DNA of 64,000 bases from assembly GCA_043228905.1 (NCBI GenBank), contig JBHGNT010000018.1:8928001-8992000 (forward strand), given 5' to 3'. Both the position numbers and the translations under genes were made by a program. The stretch's first letter is position 1; each line of letters begins with the position of its first letter. Source of the stretch: Azolla caroliniana (lineage: Eukaryota > Plantae > Polypodiophyta). The notes under the pieces were generated by a model. It saw nothing but the letters and a program-made list of their open reading frames with translations, searched no databases and had not been told where the DNA came from. Below, one piece after another: positions 23,717 to 37,689 of this stretch.

Positions 23717-25954
23717 ACGTCCCATAGCATCAGGAGATATAGTCGAGGAGTCCCAGCCAATTAGGATAGTTCTTGACAATTTGGCAAGCATAATCTCTTT
23801 CAACATTATTCGTAGTCCAGAACACCCAATAGTTCTAGGTCTCCCTTGGTTTGAACTCCATAACCCGAAGATTGATCGGATGAAAAGAACAATTGAGGAG
23901 ATTCAGGAAAAAAGCATAAACCCCGCATCCCTCTCTCCTACATGTGATAATAGATCCCCGGGTTTATCGACCATCTCTTTACGACAGTTGTGGGAGGAAG
24001 TGGGGAACGATGCCATGTTCGTCTTCACAACAGTAGCAACTCCATCATCCACTTCACGTGATGCGGACATTAAACTACCAGAGAAATACAGGGAGTTTTC
24101 ATATGTCTTTGATAAGGTGAAGGACAATACATTGCCGGAGCATCGGCCATACGACTGCCCTATTGACTTACAACCAGGGAAAGAACCTCCATGGGGCCCA
24201 GTTTATAATCTCTCCCTTGTAGAGCTAGAGACTTTGCGGGAATATATTGATGAGAATCTGGCAAACGGATTCATTCGGCATTCTAAATCCCCTACTAGTG
24301 CACCTATCTTCTTCGTTAAGAAGAAGAATGGGACTCTTCAGTTGGTCGTGGATTATTGAGGCTAAACAATGTGACTATCCGGAATAGATATACTCTACCA
24401 TTAATCCCGAATCTTTTGGAATGTCTTAGTGGTGCAAAATATTTCACGAAGTTGGACCTTCGCGGAGCATATAGTCTAGTTTGGATTCGCCCGGGGGATG
24501 AATGGAAGATAGCTTTTCGCACTCGCTATGGACATTTTGAGTATATTGTGATGCCATTCGGTCTCACGAATGCACCTACTATTTTCCAACATATGGCGAA
24601 CGATATTTTTCGAGATTTTCTTAATATCTTCACTATAGTGTACCTAGATGATATTTTAATCTACTTGAAGACCCAAGAGGAGCATGACGAACATGTTCGT
24701 TAGGTACTGTGTCAACTCCGAGAATATGGTCTCTATGCAAAATTAGAAAACTGTAGTTTCGGCCAGAATCAAGTGGAATTTTTGGGGTATGTTGTATCAT
24801 CAGCCCCTTTCAGTGCATGATGTGCAATGTTTTCTCGGGTTTGCAAATTTTTACTGAAAATTTATTAACGATTATTCTAAGGTTGTGCTTCCGCTTACTC
24901 AACTCACACATAAAGATCAACCATTTATATGAAGTTTAGATGCAGCCGAGGAATTAGAAAGCTTAAAACGAGAATTTACAATGACACCTATCTTAGCACA
25001 TGTCGACCCAACAAAATGCTTCATCCTCGAAGCCAATGCATCCGATTTTGCACTACAGTGTGTCCTCTCGCAGATTGGAGATGATGGACAACTACACCCT
25101 GTCGCCTTTCATTCACGAAAGTTTGAAGTTGTAGAGATCAACTACAAGATCCATGAGAAAGAGCTTCTTGCAATTGTAGATTCGTTTCAACAATGGCGAC
25201 ATTTTCTAGAAGATTCTTCTCAGCAGATCATTGTCTACAATGATCATAAGAACCTGACTTATTTCCAAAATGCTCGAGTCTTGAGTCGGCGACAAGCCCG
25301 ATGGGCACAATTTTTGACTCACTCCGACTTTATCATCATATATCGCCCTGGGATGCAGCAAGGTAAATCAGATGCTCTTTCTTGGCGCTCTTATATGGAA
25401 CTTCGTCCAGGGGAACCTGCATTTGAGCATTAAAAACAAATCCTTTTGGGTCCCAATCGCTTACACTTAATGGTAGTTAACGCCATAACAACTCTTGAAA
25501 ATTCCACTCTTCTTGATTCGATTCGAGATCATATGGCCATTGATGATTTGGCCAAGGATGTTTTGGATCATATTCTCCCGGATCGTGCTTCTTGCTCACG
25601 GTCGAAAAATCCGCGTAATGACTATCGTCAGTTCTATTGGCATGGTGGGTTTTTTTTTCGACAAAATCAATTGTATGTTCTTGATGCTTCCCCATGACTA
25701 CAAGTTTTACAACATTGCCATGACTCACCAATGGCTGGTCATTTTGGAGTTCGCAAGAATCTAGAATTAATTTCTTGATGCTATTGTTGGCCTTGCCTTC
25801 GTCATTTTGTTGAGGAGTATGTTCGGAGCTGTGATATATGTTATCGATCAAAGAGTCCTCATCACCAATCCTATGGCTTACTCCAACCACTTCCCATTCC
25901 GAAAAATCCTTGGAAGTCTATATTCTTGGACTTCATTACTAATCTTCCAGTTTC

Positions 25955-26580
25955 AAAAATCTCATCCATGCTAACATTATGTGACCATTTATGAAAAGAA
26001 ATCCACGCACCTTCCAAAACCGCTTCCTTAATTGTTAATAGTTTGGTAACCAAGTCCTCATCTGCAAATTCCACATGATAACATCCTCTAGACATAAATG
26101 GAATGTCGAGGATCTGTTAGCCATTTCCTCCGAAAAAACGGCATATAAGATATGTCGGAGTTCCGATCTATTTGGTCATAAACCCTGGACTTGCACTACC
26201 AAAGAGACCGTCCCCAGCCTATGTACCTCTCCCAGTACAATATATTTATCTTCCTCTGACAACAGAAGGTCGACTGTCCCATCACTCAGATGAAGCTACT
26301 TTGGGGGGGGGGGGGGGGGGGGGGTGCACTGGACTCCCCTGCTCGCGTGTACAAGCCAGCCGCAGATGCTGTATGCAGATGTTCTGTAGGCGACCCGTTG
26401 TTTGTGTTGATCGCTCCTCTCGCGGTGGTAGCATTGTTTGCTCCATCCGTGACCTATTCGATAGTTGTCACTACGCTCTTCATCTTCTTTTATCCGGATG
26501 CATTTTACTTTTTCAATTGTATTACCTGAGATCAAGCAATATTATGGAAAAGCATACTTTCACAGGTACCTACGGTAGAT
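25955..26580 (-). mobile_element. L1-clade LINE 5' end/ORF1 N-terminus, inverted relative to the adjacent ORF2; contains a G22 run at 26303-26324
   Basis: MSRGCYHVEFADED..EGAWISFHKWSHN, about 90% identical to 15170-15330. Confidence 0.75.
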
Positions 26581-29129
26581 CATTGGCGATTGCAGATGAT
26601 TTCAATATGTTGGAGGATGTGAGTGATAGGTTAGGAGGCATACCGCATACAATATCTGGCTCAGAATTATATGAATGGGAACGTTTGATTTTTTCCTTGG
26701 GATTAATGGACTTGTGGCAAGTGTCTTCTTTTGTAAAGATGCAAGATTCTTTAGCTTATTCAAGGTCAGATAGAAGAGAGTCACATACCAATTTGTCTAG
26801 GCTAGATAGATTCTATGCTGATAAGTTTTTATGGGACAAAGGAGGTTTCATTCGAATTCTTCCTTCATTTTCATTTTCTAATCATGCACCACTTCGTTTA
26901 CCTATAATCTTGCAAGAAAAGTCTAAAACTTTGAGATTTAGAATTCCGAATCATGTGGTTGTTAGCTAAGATTGGGCTCCTAATCTGTACAATATATGGA
27001 ATAAGTATGACTATTCTTATGATTATGCTTTATCTAGTGTTTAGAAGGCTATTATTGAAATACAACAATTTTTCCATTGTAAGGCTAGACAAGTATTTCA
27101 TGCAACTTTGACTAAAATAGGAAGACTCCGTAGGGGATTGCGATCCGTGCAGCATCTGCAAGAGAGAAGGCCATATTCGACTTGTATAACCTCTAGAGTG
27201 ATACAAGTAGGGAATCGGATATTGGAATTACAAAAGGTTTCAACTCATTTTACTTACCATAATATACTCTCTAAATGGGCAAAGTCGGGAGATAAAGTCA
27301 ATAAACTGTTCTTTGCAATCCATACTCATCATAAGTCGATTGCTAGGATTTCTTGTTTAAAATGTCATGATGGCTCTTATACCACTGCTCCTAGTTAGAT
27401 GCATCAAATAGCCTCAAATTATTATGAAAATTTGTTGAAAGCTAGATCCTTTTCTAGAGATGATTTGTTTAAACGGGATATTGTATGGTCAAGGATTCAA
27501 AGTAAACTATCTATACAACTTTCAGAATGTCTTTTGAAACCATTAAGCCCTCAAGAGACTCTGAAAGCGGCAAAGGCCCTAACAAAGGATGTTTGTGCTA
27601 GATTGGATGGGTTGGGGGTTCAATGGTATATAAAGTATTGGGATTTGATAGGTGAGGGATTGACCAAAACTTATCAACACATTTTAGATTATGGAAATAT
27701 GCCACAAGATTGGAATGCGGGGTTAATATATATGATTCCTAAATCAAGTGGTTAGTTGGAGGTACTTTAGCATTGGAGACCAATTACTTCGTTGAATGTT
27801 ATCTATAAGATATTAACAAAAACGGTAGCTAGACGTTTACAACCTTATCTTTCTGAGTTGATTCATGTTTCCCAGACTAGTTTTCTGCAAGAACAGAGTA
27901 TTTTTTATAATATTATTCTTTTTTGGGAAATGGTTTCTTTTGCTGAATTACATAAACAAGATTTGGCAATGTTATTTCTTGATTTTGAAAAAGCTTATGA
28001 CAGAGTGGATTAGGATTTTATGGAGGGTACTTTGCTCAGGATGGGTTTTCCAAACAAATGGATACGAGGAGTTTCAACACTATATCGTAATGCCCACAGT
28101 TCTCTTTTATTTGCAAAGGATGTTGGTAGGAGTTTCACTATTTCAAGATCTGTACGACAAGGATGTCCACTTGCTCCTTTTCTGTTTCTACTAGTTTCTG
28201 AAGCATTTTTCTGTACATTTAAATTTTTATAATGTAAATATCAAAGGTTTAGCACTACCATTTGTAGATGTTGGCGTGGATAGTGAGTTTGTTGATGATA
28301 CAACTCTCTATGTTCAAGCCTCACAAGTTAATTTGTTGCAGGTTCAAAAAGTTGTGGATGACTTCTCAAATGCATTAGGTGCATTGATTAATTGGGATAA
28401 ATCATCAGGTTTTTTGGGGGCTAAGAGAGATCTGCCAAATAATGTATTTAGTTCAGGATTTACATGGATACATACAGGTCATTCTATTAGGTATTTAGGA
28501 TGTAGAGTGGGTTTGGGATTAAATGCAAAAGATATGATAGCGCCCTTGTTGGTAAGATTAAGAAATAAGCTAATATACTTGAATATGGAAAAGTCGTCCT
28601 TAGCAGGACATGCAATTGTTGCAAATTCGGTGCTTTTGTCCTTGATTTGGTATATAGCATCTACATGGTTATTTTCTAGGTCAGTAATGCTTAAAGTTCA
28701 ATGTCTAGTATGAAATTTTTTGTGGGGGAATGCTAGTTCAAACACTCCTGTAGCAAAGATCGGCTTGTTAGTTCTTATACAATCTAAATAGAAAAGAGGT
28801 TTAGGTTTGATTGATCCCTTAATGCAAAGTAAGGCATTACTTGCTAAACATGTTGTTAGGAGTTGTTACCCTGTACGAGATGTACGGAGAGTCAAGTGTG
28901 ATGAGCGAGGGTCGAATGTTATCATGATGTTGTTGTGTATGTGTAGGGGGCATAAATGTAATTGTGAGTCTATACATATGTGAACACATGCACATGTGTA
29001 TGCATGTGGATGGATATGAGGAGGTGTGAGTGAGTGTCCAGTATGAATGCTCAAGGGGGCTTACACCCCTATGTATCTACCCCCTCTTGTACTATTTAAC
29101 CCCCTATGGGGAATGAATGAAACATATAA

Positions 29130-29188
<59 letters not shown>

Positions 29189-29193
29189 TTGAC

Positions 29194-29256
<63 letters not shown>

Positions 29257-30950
29257 CTTACGTTGAACCCCCTTGGGAGGGGGGTGGAGCCATTCTAGGC
29301 ACCACCCCCCACCCCTCAATGCTTGTGTTGTTCTTCATGATCTCTCACCATCATCATCACACATACATTATCAATCTACCATGATTGTTAACCCTTTTCC
29401 TATCTTTATCATTATCATCATTAACCCTAACCCTAAATCCTACAACAAGAGTTTATTGTCTGGAGAGGATTATGGAAAAAGTTATGGATTCTTCATTTAC
29501 ATAAGTTTAAGCCATCGGCAAGTGGTCAATGGAGGGATAGTCTTAGATGCTTCTTTAATTCGGATTTTCCGTTACCTAAGTCGACTGTTGGGTCTTTACG
29601 TTTTTTTAATGGAATTAGTTGTGCATGGGAAAGTATTCATCAAGCACTTGTTTTCTTGCCACAAAAAACTTATTCTCAATTCATGCGTCAACCATTGTTA
29701 TGGAATCCTTTATTACTGATGAAGCTACATGTGTTTTGGGTTTATGGCCTAGGTTATCTTGGGCCGCATTGGATAGTGGCCCTATCCGTAAGGTTGCGGA
29801 TTGGCTAAACTTTTTGCAGAATTCAGCGCAGGACAAGAGGAATAGGTTGTCTAATTTAAGAGGGGCAAATATTATGTTCTCTCAAGTGTCCACGGTGTTT
29901 CAGGTAACAATGCCAACTATGCAGTTTGATCATTTTTAGAATTGGTATGGTATGTTTTTGACTCTTAATATACTTATAGGAGCTCGTTAGACCATCAAAA
30001 TGACAACCTTTATTTTTATGAAGTTTTGGATAATGCTAGGCTGTTTTAAGTGGAGGAGGCTCCAATTATGTCTTCTGCAAATTAGTTACCAGTGCGAGTA
30101 ATTGCTCGATTAGATAAAAAGATCATTATAGATCCTTATCCCTTAATTGCTAAATACTCATCTCATATTTGGGTTTTACAATTTAGGCCAATTGCTGGTT
30201 TGCATTGGGATTCGTTTGATTATGGTTGAAAGCTATCCACATGTATCATCCTCTCATATGTTGAAGTTTTGGAAACAATTTTGGTCACTTAAGTGTATGA
30301 ATAAGGTGTACTGCATTTTCGATGATTGATGATAATTTCATTATCCCTTGCTAGTAAGAGTTTTATTGAGGGGAACAATGCTTGATAGATCATGTGTTAT
30401 GTGTGGGTTTGCAGTTGAGACATTACATCATGATTTTTGGGAATGTGTTGTGGCCACAAGTTTTTGGTTTTGAATTCTTAGGTTATTAGGTAGCCATTTT
30501 CACATGGGGTGCAATATTTTGGGGAACGTTGGCTCAACAAAAGGCTTTTTATCATTATCATAATTCTTCATTCACTTTATATGTGAAAAGTCTTCAAATA
30601 TACTCTTGTTCAACCTCCATGCCAGGAATCAAGTTCTTCTTGCGGTGTTATGTTTGGCAGATTGTTTCCTCTTTGGCCTTATGGGTTTTGGAAAGCGAAG
30701 TGTTCCAAACTATACAACGTTGAACAAATTCATGTTGTGGATCAGGTTAAGACCTTTTGGGAATTATTGATTTATACAATAAAAGTTGAGTGTGATAGTT
30801 ATAAGGGTTATGGAAATATAGCTAACCGGAAAAGAAGAAGAATTCATAGAGTTTGGTCATCTATTCCTATTATGTTGGATGTAGGTGATGATGTTAACTA
30901 GAATTACGTTCCGCCTCGTTGGTTGTTTCCACCATCGACGTTGTACATAG
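26580..30950 (+). mobile_element. L1-clade LINE ORF2 pseudogene (endonuclease C-half, RT, zf-RVT)
   Basis: DFNM, SRLDRFY, SNH.P, LDFEKAYDRV, SVRQGCPLAP, FVDD, RYLG and C..C...ET..H.FWEC motifs, with many stops. Confidence 0.92.
28864..29447. mobile_element. Solo LTR with (CT)n tracts inserted in the LINE
   Basis: Bounded by TGTTA...CAACA with TSD GGAGT/AGAGT. The LINE frame resumes afterwards (HVVR|SLLSGE). Confidence 0.8.
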
Positions 30951-31172
30951 TGCAAACAACATGAGTCAAGATAGAGGACGTGGTCGAGGCATAGATGACT
31001 TGCTCCTTTCGTGGAAGTAGATTGTTGGATTCAGCGAGATGGTTGGTCAAGGATTTTGGTGGCGAAGATGGTGGTGGCCATAGATGAGGGATGACATAAC
31101 ATAGATGAGCGATGTTGTTTTTGTCATGATAAGTGATGCAGTTGTGGGGGCTGAAGCAAATTGCCATAATGA

Positions 31173-34100
31173 TGTTGGGAATATGTCCCTCCAGTGGGAG
31201 GAAGAGCCGACTGTTCGGAAAGCCGACTGTCGAAGGGTTGAAAATAGTGATTCGACTGTTATTATTATTATGGTAATAATAATGATGACATTAGGAAATA
31301 GATCACTCTAGATGAGGAGAGAGAGGAGCCGAGTTCATGAGGGACTCGGCCGAGGCCAAAACCAAAATCGTGTATATAGCCAACTCGGGAACTTGTAAAT
31401 AGTCTCAATGTGCGCCCCATGAGGGCTAGGTATGTAAATAGCCAGAAAGTTGTGCAGAACTCCTGTTCATTTGTGAGTAGACAAGTGCAAATCTTGCGAG
31501 TGAAGAATGCATTTGGGTGATTGACTCCGGCGCATCCTTCCATATTACTCCGTCGAGAGAGTATTTCTCGACTTAACCGGGGATCATGGTTATGTAAAGA
31601 TGGGTGATAGTGGAGAGTGCAAGATAACTGGAGTTGGAAGTGTCAGCTTGACGACGTCCACAGGATGTCGACAAACGTTGAAGGATGTTCGACACATCCC
31701 TGATATCATATTGAATCTGATATCGACTGGAAGACTTGACGACGAAGGCTACAGTGGTAGCTTTTGGAATGGCAAGTGGAAGTTCTACCGAGGAAATCTT
31801 ATAGTGGCCCAAGCACAAAAAGAAGGCACATTGTACATGATGCATGCCCGACTGTGCAAATCGGAAGTAAATGTGGTAGCCGACTCGGCAGGTGAGATAT
31901 GACAAGGAAGGATTCTCCTACCAACACCTGAGGGTGTTTGGATGTTTGGCATATATGCATGTACCAAAGGATCAAAGGTCAAAGCTCGACAACAAGTCGA
32001 AAGCATGCATATTCATGGGATACTCGGAAGATGAATTTGGTGACAGGTTGTGGGACTTAGTCAACAAGAAGGTAGTGAGAAGTCGGGACGTCATCTTTCT
32101 TGAAGATAAGACAATTGAAGACTGGAAGCAACAAAATTCGGAACCGACTCCCCAGTCAACCTCGACTACCATCGACTTAAGGCCAAATGTGTCATCACCG
32201 GCAGCTGTAAGGAGATAGTTGGCCGACAGAGCCGAATCCGAGTCGGTCGACTCGGAAAGACCGGCAGACTATGAGTTAGAGTCGGCAGATCTGCTGAAAT
32301 CAATTGAGGAATATGAGTTGGAATTTTCCAACCTGGAGATGCCAATTGATGAGTAGAATCCCAAGCCGAGAGAAAAGTTGGCAAAGACATCCGAAAGAGA
32401 GCCAACAATGAGTGGAAGAAGATACCCACTCAGAGAAAGGAAAGCACTTACTACATATGCCAGTCAATACATCCTCTTGACTGATGACGGTGAACTGGAG
32501 TGCTATAAAGAAGCCATTGCCGACGAGAGCAGAGAAAATTGGTTGAACGCGATGCAAGAGGAGATAGAATCCTTGCACACAAATTACACCTACGACCTAG
32601 TAGAGCTGTCGAAAGGTAAGAGAGCACTCAGGAATAAATGGGTCTACAAGGTGAAGACTGGAGAAGTGTACAACGAGCCCAGGTACAAAGCCCACATAGT
32701 GGTAAAGGGTTTCCAATAGAGGAAGGGCGTCGACTTTGACGAAATATTCGCACCAGTTGTGAAGATGACATCCATACGAACTGTTCTAAGCATAGCGGCC
32801 AATATGGACCTGGAGATCGAACAGTTGGAAGTAAAAACTGCATTTCTGCATGGGGAGCTATGGGAAGAAATCTACATGCAGCAACCCGAAGGCTTTGAGG
32901 AGAAAGGGAAAGAGAATCTGGTGTGTCGACTGAGGAAAAGTTTGTATAGACTAAAACAAGCACCACACCAATGGTACAAGAAGTTCGAGTCCTTCATGAT
33001 GGAACATTGGTTCCTGAAAACACAGGCTGATCATTGTGTGTTCGCAAAAAGATATGAAGAAGGAGACTTCTTGATTCTCTTATTATATGTTGATGACATG
33101 TTGATAGTCTGTCAAGACACAAGGAAGATTGGAAGCTTGAAGAAAGCTCTCAGCAAATCATTTGCAAAGAAAGACTTTTGGACCGGCAAAGCAAATCCTA
33201 GGAATGCACATAGTTCGAGATAGAACTCAAAAGGTGTTGTGGTTGTCATAACAGAAGTATGTGATGAAGATCTTAGAGAGATTCAACATGTCGAATGCAA
33301 AGCCGGTCGGCTCAGTGTTACCGACAAATTGCAAGATAAATGCGAAGCAGTGCCCGAGAGGGGAGAAGGAGAAGGCCGAGATGAGGAAGGTACCATATGC
33401 CTCGGTCGTCGGCAGTCTAATGTATGCTATGCTCTGTACGAGACCGGACATAGCATTTGTTGTAGGAGCAGTAAGTCGATATATGAGTAATCCAGGCAGA
33501 GAGCATTGGGCAACAGTGAAGTGGATACTTAGGTACCTGAAAGGGACCTCGGAGGTGTGCCTAAGGTATGGTGTCAGAAAACTTGTGTTGGAAGGTTTTA
33601 CCAATTCGGACATGTTAGGAGATGTCGACTCAAGCCAATCCACATCAGGGTACGTGATGTCCTATGCAGGGGGAGCAGTGTCGTGGCAGTCACGATTGCA
33701 GAAGTCTGTAGCTTTATCGACTACAGAAGCAGAGTATATGGCAGCGGTAGAAGCTGAAAAAGAGTTGATTTGGATGAGAAATTTTCTCACCGAACTAGGC
33801 ATGAAGCAAAAGGATTTCTTGCTTCACTGTGAAAGCGAAAGCGCCATACACCTAGCCAAGAACGCGGCATACCACTCCCGGACCATGCACATATAGAGAA
33901 GGTATCACTGGTTGCGAGAGAGAGTTGAAGATGAAGAGTTTGCTCTTGTGAAGATCCATACCGACAACAATGGATCTGACATGCTGACAAAGAACCTACC
34001 TATGGACAGACTTAGAGTCTGTCGACAGAATACAGGACTGACAGATTTCCTCCCACAGGACTGAAGGGGGAGTTTGTTGGGAATATGTCCCTCTAGTGGG

Positions 34101-34700
34101 AGGAAGAGCCAACTGTTCGGAAAGCCGAATGTCGAAGGGTTGAAAACAGTGATTTGACTGTTATTATTATTATGGTAATAATAATGATGATGTTAGGAAA
34201 TAGATCACTCCGGATAGGGAGAGAGAGGAGCCGAGTTCATGATGGACTCGACCGAGGCCGAAACCAGAATCGTGTATATAGCCAACTCGGGAGACTATAC
34301 TTGTAAATAGTCTCAATGTGCGCCCCATGAGGGCTAGGTATGTAAATAGCCAGAAAGTTGTGTAAGTATATATGCAACTAGGGCAAACTTTAAGATCCAG
34401 AATAGAAGAGAACATAACTGTGAGTGTGAGATAGAAGTGTGTGCCACGCCATAGCTATGTGAGTAATAGTAGACACGAAGAGCCCTGCGTGGCTGATACA
34501 CTCAATAGAGTGTTGTAACCCTCTTAGCATTGTATATCCACGATCCATAGTGAAGATCTATTCATGTGGTTTTCTCCCGTTTTAGGGTTTGCGCATAAAT
34601 CTCTGTGCACATTTGTCTATCTTGTTTTTTTTCTTGGTGTGATTCGTATTTTAGCATTGTCTGTTCATTGTGATTTAAATTCCGAAACTATTTCTCAACA
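31173..34700 (+). mobile_element. Internally deleted Ty1/Copia (Tork/Tnt1-like): partial 5' LTR 31173-~31455, protease, RT, RNase H, 3' LTR 34075-34700
   Basis: TSD AATGA on both sides. IDSGASFH, LYVDDML and SWQSRLQKSVALSTTEAEY motifs. PPT GAAGGGGGAG. Gag, PBS and integrase core are deleted. Confidence 0.93.
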
Positions 34701-35003
34701 AATGAGAGGAATTTTCTTAATAGACTCATTGTTTTTGTTGTTCGTAGAGGATGTTGGTGGTAGTCGGCAACATGGCAAGCTGGTTGGGCGAGATGTTGAT
34801 GTGGACAGAATGAAGAAGATTTTAGGTTTTTAGGATCTAATTGTCGTTTTTGTCACGTAGTTATTTTTCTTTATAGCATATTGCCATGATGAGAGGATGA
34901 GTGTTGATGGTGTGGACGTTGAAGCAAATATATGAGGGGATGAGAAAACATTCTATACTCATTGTGGTGTTAGTTGTACAGGAACTTGGTGGTAATCGGA
35001 GAG

Positions 35004-36105
35004 TGTCACGAACAAGTAGACGAGGCTCAATACTAAGAGAGTGAGAGAGAGATCATACACAAGATAATAAGAAAGAGAGAGAAAGTAGTCAACAGAACAA
35101 TAACTGAATTATGATTCCGTAACTGGTGTTGTTCACCTTGACTAAGGCCAATCTGAACCCCTATATTTATACATGTTTATGGGCTCTAAATGTAGCCCCA
35201 TGCAATGACTCATTTTCATGCACAAGTTTCTAGAATGTTCTGGCTTCTGGAGCTTTTTGGAAGCTTCTAAAATCCTAACGTAGAATAGATAATCTACAAT
35301 AATCTAATAAGGGAACATGATTATGTATTGGATATATTGGTTAAAACATATCGAATAAATACATTAGGTCAAGAGTTCGAATTATGACATGACTTTTGTC
35401 ATGTCCATGACATTATCCCCTTGCTAAGGCCGCCTCCGAAGATGCCTCCCCGGTTTTTGTGGATATTAGTGATGAAATGCATGAACAACATCCAATGCAT
35501 TCTCCAAGTGTTGGGCAAGTTCCCAAGTTGCCTCTGAAATGGGATACCCTTTCCATAGGACTAAAGATTGAAGTTGTTGTCGATGCCAATGAGAGTCCAG
35601 AATCTTGTCCACCTCCTACTCCTCACTTGTGGAAAGCTCAATTGAAGGTGGAGGTGGATAGTGTCTTCCAGGAATAGTGGATGGATGATAAGGTTCGAGA
35701 AGAGAGGCATGGAAGACATTATGAATCCGGAAATGCGGAGGAAAATCCAGTTGAAAAGTGACGGGATTGACATATTCAATGATGCGGAAAGGCCCCAACT
35801 TCTTGTAATCCAACTTTCCGCAAGGTCGAGTAGTATCGACATGGCGATGTAAGAGCCAAACTTGATCATTCAAACTGCAAAGGCGGGTGCAGCGGAACGA
35901 TGTCGATCAACTTGTGCTTTATACCAGTCCCTTGCAAGGATGAGCTCGAGGGAGAGGTCTTCATGATTGACGGCTAAAATACGAGCACGTCCTTCCGCTG
36001 ACGGGTTGACAGAGTTGCCAGGGATGGAAATACTGAAGCGTGGATGGAAACCATAGTTGGTGAAAAATGGGGTGACCCAATTTAACCATGTAACGTATTA
36101 TTATA
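35004..36105 (-). mobile_element. Second copy of Tcn1-like family A: 3' LTR 35004-35412, PPT, chromodomain and integrase end
   Basis: Reverse-complement homologue of ~555-1659. Confidence 0.92.
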
Positions 36106-36186
36106 TATGAGCTTGATGCATTCTTCTTTGCTTCCTCCATTGATGCTTTCTCATACATCAATAAACATCAACACCTTGTACATTAT

Positions 36187-36286
36187 NNNNNNNNNNNNNN
36201 NNNNNNNNNNNNNNNNNNNNNNNNNNNNNNNNNNNNNNNNNNNNNNNNNNNNNNNNNNNNNNNNNNNNNNNNNNNNNNNNNNNNNN
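36187..36286. other. Assembly gap (100 N)
   Basis: Run of N. Confidence 1.
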
Positions 36287-37640
36287 GGTTCATGCAGTAC
36301 ATGTGATGCATGATAGAAATCTCGCTCATTTGAGCTTCCATGTATGAAAATAGACATGGGATAAGTATAATGATGAAAATACATTCCAAAATAACTAACC
36401 TAGCTAAGTGGTGTGTACTTTATGCTTGGTATACAAGGTTGAGGGTTCAAGTCTCTCAATTTTACTCAATACAATATTTAGCTTCATTCTTTACAATATT
36501 TCTAAAAAATAAATAGCCTAGCTTAGTGGCATGTACATTGTATTTCATATATAAGGGTGTGGGTTCAAGTTTTTCAAATATTATTTAATACAATATTTAA
36601 GTTCATTTTTATATCATGAAGCACATTCTTCACGACACCCACCCCCTCTGAACTTGCACATTGGTTGTGCAGAGTTCATCCAACACTTATTCCGATTCTT
36701 TTAGTTCTTGTACTTCTTCATAAAATTCGGGCTCTAGTGACTCCCTCTTTTTAAATATTTTAATCCTTTTCCCTGCAATTGGGATACGAATTTCTGTTCC
36801 ATCTAATTCATTGAGGAAATATGTGGCCTTATCTGTTATTTTCCTGACTTCATAAGGTCCAAACCATCTTTTTGCGAAATTCCGAATAGTATTGTATTGA
36901 TTATTTAGGCTGCTATCATATACTAATACCCAATCTCCTTCTTGCACCTTTCTTGGTCGTATTCTTTTTATCTTGTCAAATCTGTCCTTATTCTTGATTC
37001 TTGCCTCTTTCAGTCTAGTAGCTGCTTTTTCTATGTCTTCTGTCCTTGATTGAAGTTGTCGTACCCGAATCGCAAGTAAATCTTCCCTACTCATTTTTTA
37101 TTCCCAAGGCAACACAACCCATGTAGTTATCTTTTCTTCAATTGGGATTATCGGCTTCTGCCCTGTGATTAATTTTGCAGGCATATATCCAGTAACAGTG
37201 CTATGAGTTGTCCTATCAGCCCATAATGCATAGGGTAAGACTTTTGGCCAATCACTGACCCGTTCTTTACATGACTTTGCTAAAGCTATGACTATTGGCC
37301 CATCTCCCCTTTCTATCTTTCCATTAGCTTCCGGATTGTATGTCGTTGTCAAAGATAGCCGAATCCCTATTTTGTCGAAAAAATATTGAGCTTCTGCAGA
37401 ATTGAGCTCTCCCTTATCTGCTACTATCTTCTCGATACATCCATATCTACAAACAATGTCCTCCAAGATGAATAGACAAACTCCTAATGTCCCTTTTGTT
37501 CGTAGTGCACGTCCTTCCACTTTATTTGTTAGATCTTCTCTTGCATGAACCAAGTATGTCTTTTGTCCTACTCCAAGTGGCATTGTTACTGAATCTAACA
37601 TCCACTTGTAATGCACCCCGGTGAGTATGTTGGGTGTAAT
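36287..37640 (-). mobile_element. Non-chromoviral Ty3/Gypsy 3' end: integrase (36687-37616), PPT and 3' LTR starting at 36637
   Basis: AREDLT..EGRAL..CRYG..IVAD.GE..YNPEANGKIERG and RWFGPY motifs. PPT GAGGGGGTGGG followed by TGTCGTGAAGAAT. Confidence 0.82.
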
Positions 37641-37689
37641 TCATCACAAAATTTTACATTTGAATAATATTGACAAGTGGGACAAGTTT

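Larger units (their letters stand above)
15332..25955 (+). mobile_element. Tcn1-like Gypsy (family C), disrupted: partial 5' LTR 15332-15816, gag 17498-18621, protease split at 18891/23717, RT, RNase H and start of integrase
   Basis: Gag is homologous to 2419-3536. The IDGRPIA motif is split by an insertion. RT has [20 protein letters not shown] and RNase H has DASDFA..KELLAIV. Confidence 0.88.

Noticed and set aside
26303-26324. G22 run as a functional G-quadruplex
   Set aside because: It lies in a dead LINE ORF1 Pro-rich segment, and homopolymer length is unreliable.
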